From a virus (lineage: Duplodnaviria > Caudoviricetes): a stretch of DNA of 49,166 nucleotides. The notes below the pieces were generated by a model. The model was not told where the DNA came from and searched no databases. It saw nothing but the letters and a program-made list of their open reading frames with translations. Positions 8,601 through 16,078 of the stretch are shown here, piece by piece (within the stretch, counting starts at the first letter, position 1; every line of letters begins with the position of its first letter). The translations under genes were made by a program, and so were the position numbers. The stretch lies in the IMG/VR virus record IMGVR_UViG_3300046490_000035, positions 1-49,166 of that record; one strand, given 5' to 3'.

Positions 8601-11600
8601 AGATGCCCGACGAGCAGGCCCGGATGGCGGTCCACATGGACCCCTCCACGGGACTCCTGTCCCGGCAGGGCTTCTTCTTCCGGACGGAGCGCAAGTTCAA
8701 GGCGTCCCTGGACCTGAACAAGCTCAAGTCGATCAACAACCAGTTCGGAATGGCTGTCGGCGACCTCGTCATCTCGACGTTCGCCGAGGAGGCCAAGGCT
8801 CTCGGGGCCCCTGACCTCGACTTCGCTCACTTTTCGGGCGACGAGTTCGCGCTCCAGGCAGACGACAAGGGGCAGCTCCAGGCGTTCGTTGACACCCTCG
8901 GTACGGTGTGCGACAATGTGCGTGTAAAACTCCCGAGCGGGGAGTTCATCGACGGAATCACGTTTGGCTACGGGATCGGAGAGTCGTATGGCGAAGCCGA
9001 CAAGCTCATCGAAGCCAACAAGCAAGCAGGAGTCGAAGCCGAGCGCGCCGCCCGCGAAGCACGAGCTGTGGATCGGCAAAACCAAGGTGATGGAAGCGGG
9101 GGAGCAGGTGCCGAAGGAGGAGTTGCAGGCTCGAATTCGTGGGGCGGTGCGCAAGGTTCTCGGGTCGCAGCAGAAAAGCTCTACCAAGGCGAACGGGGCT
9201 TCGTAAAGAAGCTCTGGCAGGACGGCAAGAAGCTGTTCAAGATCGGACTGACGGAGGAGGCGGACCTGTCCACTTTCCTCCACGAGTCCGCGCACATCTT
9301 CCTCGACATGATGGGAGACTTCGCCGAGGCGCAGGGCGCTCCGGACCGCCTCGTCAGCGATTGGCAGACCACGCTCAAGTGGCTGGGCGTCACGGGTAAG
9401 GACGAGATCCGTCGCGAGCACCACGAGAAGTGGGCCCGCAGCTTCGAGACGTACCTCATGGAGGGCAAGGCCCCCAGCCTCTCCCTGGCCGGCGCGTTCC
9501 AGCGCTTCAAGCTCTGGCTCGGGGAAATCTACAAGGCCATCGCTCCGGAGCAGATCGACGACACCATCCGTGGCGTCTTCGACCGCATGCTCGCCACCGA
9601 TGCTGAGATCGAGCGCGCCCGTCTCGCCATGGGCTGGGACCAGAAGGTCTTCGCCACTGCGGAGGAGGCCGGGATGACCCCGCAGGCGTTCGCAGAGTAC
9701 CTGGAGGAGCGGGAGAAGGCCCTGTCCACGGCCACGCTCGCCGCCCAGCGACGCGCTGCCAAGGACAAGCTCCGGGTCACCGACACCTTCCTCAAGGAGG
9801 CACGCCGCAAGGCCAAGACGGACGCGGGGTCAGAGTACGACGCTCTCCCCGAGTCGCAGGCGTCGCGTTTTCTCGACCAGGGCGACCCCGGCACCAACGA
9901 GGCGCTCAAGTCGATCAAGGACGAGGCTGGCCGGCGAGTGGGGCTCATGCCCGAGTCGCTGGAGAACATGCCCAAGGTCCCGGAGGCGTGGAAGGACGAG
10001 GAGGGTCTCTACCCCGACGAGCTGGCCCGCATGCTGGGCGAGCCTGACGGGGAAACCCTCCTCTGGAAGATCACCAGCCTCAAGGACAAGGACACCTGGG
10101 TCAAGGATCGCACCGAGGAGCTGCTCAAGGAGCGCCACGGCGACACCATCGCCGACCGCGTGAAGTTGTCGGAGATCGCCAACCAAACGCTCCACAACCA
10201 GGGCACCAGCGCGTGGCTCGTGAAGGAGTGGAGGGCTCTGCGTCGCAAGGTGAAGGGAGACGACGGAGGCTCTGTCACCGAGGCCATCGGGCTTGCGGCG
10301 AAGGACATCGTGGAGGGCTCCACGGTCCGCAGCCTGAACGTGGACCGCATCCTCAACGCCGAGCGGGAGGCTGCTGGCGCCGCCGCCTTCGCCGCAGCCC
10401 AGGGCAACTACCGGTTGGCCCTGGTCGAGAAGCAAAGGCAGATCCTCAACCACTTCATGTTCAATTTCCTCAGCGAGGTGAGGGAGGAGCGCGAGCAGTT
10501 CAAGACTCTCACCACCAAGCTCAAGAGCCCTCGGATCCGCAGTGAGCTGGGCCGGGGGGACAAGGTCTTCCTGGACACGGCCGACACCATCCTGGAGGCG
10601 CTCCACATCAAGCCTCCGGAGACCGACCCCGTCGTGCTGGCTCGCCGGCCCTCGCTCGGCGAGGCCATGAAGGCGCTCACCGACGTGGGGGTCATCCCCT
10701 CGTTCGCTGGTGAGTGGATCGCCGAGGCGCTAACCAAACCGCCCGACGACTGGCGCGACCTCAAGGTCCGGGACATGCGGTTCATCCACAGCGCCCTCAC
10801 CCAGCTCTGGGCTGCCGCCAAGGCCGAGAACGAGGTCACTGCTGGGGAGGAGAAGGTCCGCATCGACGGGCTCCTCAAGACCATAGGCGAGGAGGCCGCA
10901 GTTCGCGCCACGCAACCCGATGTGGACGCTCCCGGCATAACGGCCAAGCTGCGCAGGGGCCTCCAGCAGGCGGACGCGCTGCTCGTGGACCCCGAGCAGC
11001 TCGTCAAGAGCCTGGGCGACACGGCGGGCCGCTTCTTCTGGGACGGCTACTTGAAGGGGCGCACCAACGAGGACCGGCTCGCTGCGAAGATCGAGGACTA
11101 CCTGACGGGCGTGTGGAAGGACATGCCCGACGAACTCAAGAAACGCCGGCTGGACCTCATCTCCGCCGCCGAGCTGGCCAAGCTGCCGTACCCCTCCGAC
11201 ATTCGCAGGGACTCCTCCAACCGCAACCGGACGTGGATGTGGATGGTGGCCCTGAACATGGGCAACGCCTCGAACATGGAGCGCCTGCTGGGCGGGTACA
11301 ACTGGGACAAGAAGACGGTGCGCGAATTCCTCGCGAAGAACATGACCTCCGCCGAGTGGGACTTCGTCGAGTCGATCTGGAAGCTGCTCGACAAGGAGCT
11401 GTACCCCGAGGTCGCGGCGCACTACGAGGACGTGAACGGAATCCGGCCGAAGAAGATCCCGGCGCAGCCGTTCACGCTGCCTGACGGTCGTGTCATCTCG
11501 GGCGGCTACTTCCCCGCGAAGTACGACCCCGTCGCCTCCCGCAAGACGGAGGGGATGCGGCAGGAAGACCTCTCGCGGATGTACCAGCAGAACGCGGGCG

Positions 11601-13051
11601 GCAACACGGTGGCTCGCAGCTTCACCGAGGCGCGCGCCAAGCACTACGACGACGTGATCAACCTCAACTGGAACGTCGTCTCGCAGCACCTGGCGCAGGT
11701 GAACCACTACGTCTCGTTCGACACCTTCGTCCGCGACGCCGGCCGCGTGCTGGGGTCGAACGAGATGGTCACCATCGTGAACGAGAAGCTGGGCGCTGCC
11801 TACTACCCCCAGCTCCAGAGCTGGCTGCGCACGGTGGCAAACCCGGGCTTCGACGGTCCTCCCGAGAACCTGACCTGGCTGTACCAAGGGCTCGGGGAGC
11901 TGCGCTCCCGGTTCGTCATGTCCTCGATCGGCTACTCGCTGTCGGTGGCTGCCGGCGACATGTTGAACCCGCTCGTCGCCATCGCCTCCGGCACCACCAA
12001 GAGCCGGTACGCGCTGCCCGGCCTGGGCCAGTCCCTCGCGCACTTCCCCACCGTGCGCAAGGACGCCTTGGCACTGTCCCCCGAGCTGGCGCACCGGGCC
12101 AGCCGTGGGCGGATGCGCATGCTCCAGATGACCAACAGCATCGGCGCTGGCGAGAGCGTGATGCACAGGGTGCAGCAGAGCGCGTGGATCTTCATGGAGA
12201 CCACGGACCTGCTCACGGCCACCGTCATCTGGAAGGGCGCGTTCAACCAGGGTCTTGGGGAGGGGAAGTCGAAGGAGGAGGCGGCGCGCTCCGCTGACGA
12301 GGTGGTGCGCTCGCAGCTCCCCTCTCACTCCACCGCCGAGCAGCCCGCTCTGCTCCGGGACAAGCGTGGGGTGGGAGCGCTCACCGCGTTCTACGGCTAC
12401 TTCTCCAAGCTGTACAACGTGAACCGTGGGATCCTCGAGCCCGTGCTCCAGCAGTTCCAGGACGAAGACGTGTCGGCCGGGCAGAAGGCGCTCTCAGCCG
12501 CGCACGCTGCCGGTCGTGCTCTGGCAGTCATGTTCGTCGCCAACGTGATGGGCGAGCTGGTGTCGGGGCGTGGTCCGGAGAAGGACGAGACGGTGGCGGA
12601 GTGGCTGATGCGCAAGACGCTGGCCGCTCCGTCCAGCTACCTCCCACTCGTCGGATCTGGAGGCGAGCTGGTGTCGAACATCATCGCCTCTGAGATCTTC
12701 CACGGCAAGGCTATCCCGCGTCAGTTCTCGTCCCGCTCCTCCCCTGCCATCGCAGCTCTGGATCGGGTCACGAGGGCCATCGTGAAGATGGCCAGCTCCA
12801 AGAAGGAGACCGACGACAAGCTCTGGGCGGCGCTGGAGGTCCTCGGCGTCATCACCAAGACGCCGCTGGGCTCCTCGCAGGTGGTGCGCACCGGGCGCGC
12901 TGTGACGAGCGGCAAGGCCGTCCAGGACATGACGCACGACCGGCCGTTCTCTGGGGCGGGGGCCCTGCTCTACGGGGCCAGGGACAAGCAATCCGGCAAC
13001 CTTGGCACGTTCACGCAAGACCTCGTTGACGGGAGAGTCCGATGGTGGTGA
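5663..13051 (+). CDS. Giant internal virion / DNA-transfer polyvalent protein (2462 aa): LPD22-like N-terminus, hydrophobic Gly/Ala segments, tandem GGDEF domains, HExxH metallopeptidase, helical C-terminal region
   Basis: Last and largest gene of the ejection cluster; DPxTGL...N..GH..GD...GGDF and DPxTGL...DLNKLKSINNQFG..GD...SGDEF...ADKLIEANK; TFLHESAH...HEKWARSFETYL.EG.AP; GGYFP.KYD in the C-terminal part. Confidence 0.85.
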   Translation: MPTDWDKIEGEISASANGTPSPELDVGTTARIPDEPVVQPLEFKREPAGAAQPPSPPVVNWDALDQQQEQDNQTKDNRLRFLFEQGLQKTPDKHANIKTLVNETGLSPDLVESQYEAVKNAVAAAKFNPTKFREENPKLAQLLLENPDAAKPVLHDEEISSLTKVLRAWDRWSTANPWAARLSEFSVNPATMLGYPLVGVTAELLDAPPPKQTAQVESPSGKLTGLERMFGKTEQVPSDLPDTGPSADAMAEMALATGKAPQATTKIVTPGIYQDAFQNNQKQLEYSKLGFELMLKRGRAEASGSPADTWDLEKKILAAKQDLGQRYYNANFVEKMLLDTAELAPSQLEALKGGGVGGAVGAGVAGIGALVATRSPGVAKKAAQLGYKYGSRIGAFSTTYRLESGSAYLEYLDTKTDSGKLIDEPAARGAAALYGVVAAAVEVDALGPFFSMFGPLGDAVAKGEGSAFMKNMLRDSSFRSVATDIGKRLLHGANAEASQEAIQQVAQDFFGYAAKTVTAGAPQKADLMSTAEASAEAYSKAFTGTGVMGVGGIPSTLLGHAYQQSVSRESGTLVAAMANLAANSPGAKSAPKVVAGLVADQTASVGAPVTHMYVKADAFTTLFQSQNADPSEAARKLMGEDGPKRLQEAQAGTNGGAIAVPVEEYLAKWGDKGVAEALAGDTTSQPHLPTINMQVALAKEIQDWRKALVKEYDDENAPEPKSDAEKRLVDAVRKQLVATGVENPADARRSVSIIRAFIRTQAFEARVSEDALFSAYAASVEKTQSIDVEAMAQDSVKTATQSDQARWAGLSPEAKAKEMFIDPGTGLQNARAFEMRAQDPSKPFVADISVEGTKYKNKEGHDQGDALYQATAQALHSVAPDVAKVGGDFKLAVKDQSELDSILAQGNANMLAKGYTITGKLGKTSQEAQAAHIAWRESEEAAKRRAPRGEKPLGASEGPIQASPVQNVTVPESLRAAFDKMPDEQARMAVHMDPSTGLLSRQGFFFRTERKFKASLDLNKLKSINNQFGMAVGDLVISTFAEEAKALGAPDLDFAHFSGDEFALQADDKGQLQAFVDTLGTVCDNVRVKLPSGEFIDGITFGYGIGESYGEADKLIEANKQAGVEAERAAREARAVDRQNQGDGSGGAGAEGGVAGSNSWGGAQGSRVAAEKLYQGERGFVKKLWQDGKKLFKIGLTEEADLSTFLHESAHIFLDMMGDFAEAQGAPDRLVSDWQTTLKWLGVTGKDEIRREHHEKWARSFETYLMEGKAPSLSLAGAFQRFKLWLGEIYKAIAPEQIDDTIRGVFDRMLATDAEIERARLAMGWDQKVFATAEEAGMTPQAFAEYLEEREKALSTATLAAQRRAAKDKLRVTDTFLKEARRKAKTDAGSEYDALPESQASRFLDQGDPGTNEALKSIKDEAGRRVGLMPESLENMPKVPEAWKDEEGLYPDELARMLGEPDGETLLWKITSLKDKDTWVKDRTEELLKERHGDTIADRVKLSEIANQTLHNQGTSAWLVKEWRALRRKVKGDDGGSVTEAIGLAAKDIVEGSTVRSLNVDRILNAEREAAGAAAFAAAQGNYRLALVEKQRQILNHFMFNFLSEVREEREQFKTLTTKLKSPRIRSELGRGDKVFLDTADTILEALHIKPPETDPVVLARRPSLGEAMKALTDVGVIPSFAGEWIAEALTKPPDDWRDLKVRDMRFIHSALTQLWAAAKAENEVTAGEEKVRIDGLLKTIGEEAAVRATQPDVDAPGITAKLRRGLQQADALLVDPEQLVKSLGDTAGRFFWDGYLKGRTNEDRLAAKIEDYLTGVWKDMPDELKKRRLDLISAAELAKLPYPSDIRRDSSNRNRTWMWMVALNMGNASNMERLLGGYNWDKKTVREFLAKNMTSAEWDFVESIWKLLDKELYPEVAAHYEDVNGIRPKKIPAQPFTLPDGRVISGGYFPAKYDPVASRKTEGMRQEDLSRMYQQNAGGNTVARSFTEARAKHYDDVINLNWNVVSQHLAQVNHYVSFDTFVRDAGRVLGSNEMVTIVNEKLGAAYYPQLQSWLRTVANPGFDGPPENLTWLYQGLGELRSRFVMSSIGYSLSVAAGDMLNPLVAIASGTTKSRYALPGLGQSLAHFPTVRKDALALSPELAHRASRGRMRMLQMTNSIGAGESVMHRVQQSAWIFMETTDLLTATVIWKGAFNQGLGEGKSKEEAARSADEVVRSQLPSHSTAEQPALLRDKRGVGALTAFYGYFSKLYNVNRGILEPVLQQFQDEDVSAGQKALSAAHAAGRALAVMFVANVMGELVSGRGPEKDETVAEWLMRKTLAAPSSYLPLVGSGGELVSNIIASEIFHGKAIPRQFSSRSSPAIAALDRVTRAIVKMASSKKETDDKLWAALEVLGVITKTPLGSSQVVRTGRAVTSGKAVQDMTHDRPFSGAGALLYGARDKQSGNLGTFTQDLVDGRVRWW

Positions 13052-13296
13052 GGCGCTCGCGTAAAGACTACTATGGCGTTGCAGCGGGAGCCGCGCGGTC
13101 ATTTGCGGACTCCGCAGCGATGGGGCAGCAGCAGGCGGAATTGGCCCAGCTTGGCAGCAGGATGCCCTTCTTCTACGGCGCTGGCGCCCCCGCAGCGGGT
13201 CTGGGGGCCAACGGAGAGTTCTACTTCCGGCTGGACGGCGGGGCCGGAACGGCCATTTACCAGAAGCGCGCAGGGTCCTGGGTCGGCGTCGCCTGA
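13042..13296 (+). CDS. Small protein with tail-fibre-type GxGAP..LG.NG.FY...IY.K..G.W motif
   Basis: 84-aa ORF overlapping the giant gene stop; motif common in phage fibre proteins. Confidence 0.55.
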   Translation: MVVRRSRKDYYGVAAGAARSFADSAAMGQQQAELAQLGSRMPFFYGAGAPAAGLGANGEFYFRLDGGAGTAIYQKRAGSWVGVA

Positions 13297-13329
13297 TAGT
13301 GGTTCACAACTTGTGCGAGAGGTGCAAAA

Positions 13330-13617
13330 ATGATGCAAGCGCTGGGGGTCGCAGGGGTGGTGGAGCACATCCCGATTGCATTGGGCCTGATAGTTGTGGG
13401 GTGGCTCGTGATCCGATGGCTTGCGCAGATGTGGGACTCCTGGAAGAAGGCGACGGTGGCGCTCATCACGTCCGCCATCGACCTGCACGTCAAGGAGCAC
13501 CACACCTCCGACGAGGCTTGGCGGACCGAGATGCGCGAGGAGTGGCGGCACTTCCGGCAGGACATCAAAGACGTTCACAAGCGCATTGACGATCTGTACA
13601 AGGGGCCCAGGGAATGA
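13330..13617 (+). CDS. Putative holin / single-pass membrane lysis protein
   Basis: N-terminal hydrophobic segment followed by a charged coiled coil; Met-Met start; ATGA-coupled to the endolysin. Confidence 0.55.
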   Translation: MMQALGVAGVVEHIPIALGLIVVGWLVIRWLAQMWDSWKKATVALITSAIDLHVKEHHTSDEAWRTEMREEWRHFRQDIKDVHKRIDDLYKGPRE

Positions 13618-14042
13618 ACCGCGAACTTCTGATGAAGGAGCTGGTTCACGACGAGGGCTGCCGGCTCCACATGTACAAGGACTCCCTCGGGGTCGAGACG
13701 ATCGGCATCGGGCACAACTTGCGGGATGTGCCCATTTCGGAGCGGGCGGCTGGCGTCATCTTCGAGGACGACCTCAGGAACGTGGAGGACGCCCTCGACC
13801 GCGAGCTGCCCTGGTGGAGGAGCCTGTCCGAGGAGCGGCAGCGGGTCGTCGCCAACATGGCCTTCAACCTGGGCGTGCTGGGGCTCCTGGAGTTCAAGCG
13901 TACGCTGCGCGCCATGGAGATCGGAGACTACAAGGCTGCCGCTGTCGGCATGCTGTCGTCGAGGTGGGCAAGCCAGGTGGGCGACCGAGCTGTGCGCCTG
14001 GCCAAACTGATGGATCCTGACATGGAGGTGTGGCATGGCTAA
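13614..14042 (+). CDS. Endolysin, T4-lysozyme-like muramidase (GH24)
   Basis: HDEG.RLHMYKDSLG.ETIGIGHNL catalytic E-D-T arrangement; NMAFNLG; S.WA.QVG.RA.RL. Confidence 0.9.
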   Translation: MNRELLMKELVHDEGCRLHMYKDSLGVETIGIGHNLRDVPISERAAGVIFEDDLRNVEDALDRELPWWRSLSEERQRVVANMAFNLGVLGLLEFKRTLRAMEIGDYKAAAVGMLSSRWASQVGDRAVRLAKLMDPDMEVWHG

Positions 14043-14433
14043 CATCGTGTGGACGAACATTGGGTCTCGAAGCGTGGAGGGTGTGGGAACGACCACCGAC
14101 GTTTTCGGAGGAGCTGCTGGCGACGGCATGTCGCTCAACCGAGTGGGGTCGGTGTCGGTGGAGGCCGAGGCCGACTCCGGACAGACGATAACTGGAGTCG
14201 TGGCTCTTGGGGCCACGGTGCAGAACCCTTACACCCTCCGCTGGAACCGGGCTCCTGACTACGACCTGGACAACCTGTCCGGCGTCACGGGCGTGCGCGG
14301 TCAGTTCGTGGGGGCGTTTCCCGTGGGTGGGCCGTCGGGCCGGCTCGGCTACTACGTCAAGAGCGGGAGCGTCTCCTCCGGTAGCCTCACCATTCGTCTC
14401 ACGGCCACCTCGCTGGCCGGGGAGCTGATCTAA
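14035..14433 (+). CDS. Hypothetical beta-rich protein (possibly virion-associated)
   Basis: 132-aa ORF with RBS GGAGG overlapping the endolysin end; Gly/Ser/Val/Thr-rich. Confidence 0.6.
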   Translation: MANIVWTNIGSRSVEGVGTTTDVFGGAAGDGMSLNRVGSVSVEAEADSGQTITGVVALGATVQNPYTLRWNRAPDYDLDNLSGVTGVRGQFVGAFPVGGPSGRLGYYVKSGSVSSGSLTIRLTATSLAGELI

Positions 14434-14434
14434 C

Positions 14435-15676
14435 ATGAAGAATCTGTCGCTGCTGATCTCCTTGCTGGCCTTCTCCGCGCAGGCCCAACAGGTGTCCGTG
14501 CCGTCCAAGACCTGGGCGGGGAGCAAGCTGTCCGCGTCACCCTCCGCCTGGAACGGCGCCACGAAGACCGCCATCTCCGCCACCACCAGCTCCGTACTGG
14601 TGGGGGGTGTTGGCCTGGGAGGCACTGACACCACGGTGTCCACGGCCTGGGCGGCAGCAGCTTTCGCTCTGACCCAAGCCACCGAGATCGGTGAGGTGGT
14701 GGTGAACATGAAGCTGGCGGGCGGTCTCACCGCCACCAGCACCATCGCCGCTTACCTCTACACGGACAGCGCGGGCGTGCCAGGCACCAGCATCAGTGAC
14801 ACGTCCACAGGGCAACCGATCATCTTGCACGGTGGCGACTTCACCACAAGCTACAAGGCCGCTCACTTCCGTCTGCCCAAGACAGGGCTGTCGATCAGCA
14901 CCGTCTACTGGGTGGTGTTCAAGGTGGGGGCGTCCGGAGGCAACTTCGTCTTCGACACGGCCGCAAGCGGTGGCAACTTCTACGCCACGGCAGCCGACAG
15001 CGGCGGCGCACCCGGCGCCTGGACTGGCTCGGCCAAGAGCGTCAATGCGCTGATCTTCGGAGCCAGTGGAGTGGCCGTGTACGGCTACTCGCCCGACGGG
15101 TATGGGATAGAGGGCGACGGAGGAGACACTGGGTTCGGCGCTCGGTTCTTTGGCAAGGGCGGACCGGGCAGCAAGAGCGACTCCGTGGACAACTACGGCG
15201 CTGGCGGCACCACCACCTACGGCAGCGCCGGCGTGCGAGGCTCTGGCGTCTACGGCTTCGGAGGCCAGTTCATCTCGGACTACAACGCAGGTGCTCAGAT
15301 CCAGACGCTCGCCAACGGGCAAGTCGGGCTCCAGTGCGTGGCGAACGACGCGGCGGCGTTGCAGCTCGTCAGCTTGACAGCAGGAGGCATTAGCGCGCAG
15401 GGGCTCGACTCCACGTTCTCGGTCAAGTGGCAAATTGCGTCATCCGGGGGCGGTACGTTCACGTCGCTTGGTCTGACGCCGGCAGCGCTGGGCACCTGCG
15501 GCGCTTCGGCCGGCAACCAGCCCGAGGGCACCACCGTTACAGTCCCGGGAGCCACAACCACGCCGACCAAGAAGTGCACCTGCACCTTCACGCCTACAGG
15601 ATCGGTCTACGCCTGGGTGAATGACCTCAAGAACAACGGCGGCACGGGCATCGGCACCGCCACCACCTGCCCCTAG
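14435..15676 (+). CDS. Gly/Thr/Ser-rich fibre-like protein with predicted Sec signal peptide
   Basis: MKNLSLLISLLAFSAQA|QQ signal-like N-terminus; beta-sandwich-like middle (..YWVVF..); GVxG-type repeats; Cys-containing C-terminus. Confidence 0.7.
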   Translation: MKNLSLLISLLAFSAQAQQVSVPSKTWAGSKLSASPSAWNGATKTAISATTSSVLVGGVGLGGTDTTVSTAWAAAAFALTQATEIGEVVVNMKLAGGLTATSTIAAYLYTDSAGVPGTSISDTSTGQPIILHGGDFTTSYKAAHFRLPKTGLSISTVYWVVFKVGASGGNFVFDTAASGGNFYATAADSGGAPGAWTGSAKSVNALIFGASGVAVYGYSPDGYGIEGDGGDTGFGARFFGKGGPGSKSDSVDNYGAGGTTTYGSAGVRGSGVYGFGGQFISDYNAGAQIQTLANGQVGLQCVANDAAALQLVSLTAGGISAQGLDSTFSVKWQIASSGGGTFTSLGLTPAALGTCGASAGNQPEGTTVTVPGATTTPTKKCTCTFTPTGSVYAWVNDLKNNGGTGIGTATTCP

Positions 15677-15683
15677 GAGAACC

Positions 15684-16037
15684 ATGGCCGACACCATTCC
15701 AACTGCAACCTTGGTGTTCAACGGGGAGTCGATCGCTCTAGACAACGTCATCGGGGAGATCGTTCGCACCTCCGTGGCGAATCTTGACCCCAAGGTCGAG
15801 GCCCTGGCCAAGGTGTCGATGGTCGAGCAAGTGATGCCTGTGGTGAAGCCTGCCATCCTCGCGGTGTTCCAGCCCATCATCGACGACTGGAACGCCAACG
15901 GGTGGCCGGAGATCGATCGACTCGGCCGGCTCACCGGCAACAAGGTCCCGGCCGAGACGATCCTGACCAACCTGCTCCTGCATCAGTTTGGGGAGCCGAG
16001 CATCGAGACCTACCCGGACCCCACCAGCAAGTCGTAA
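15684..16037 (+). CDS. Hypothetical protein
   Basis: RBS AGGAG, ATG at 15684, phage-like codon usage. Confidence 0.65.
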   Translation: MADTIPTATLVFNGESIALDNVIGEIVRTSVANLDPKVEALAKVSMVEQVMPVVKPAILAVFQPIIDDWNANGWPEIDRLGRLTGNKVPAETILTNLLLHQFGEPSIETYPDPTSKS

Positions 16038-16078
16038 ACTGCCCCGCCGGCGGGTCGCCGGCACTGCAAGGAGGAACG

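Noticed and set aside
8110-9030. Cas10/Palm polymerase or virion RNA polymerase interpretation of the GGD motifs
   Set aside because: The DxxTGL, N..G...GD and SGDEF context matches GGDEF cyclases; there is no GGDD motif, HD domain or T7/N4-type RNAP motif.
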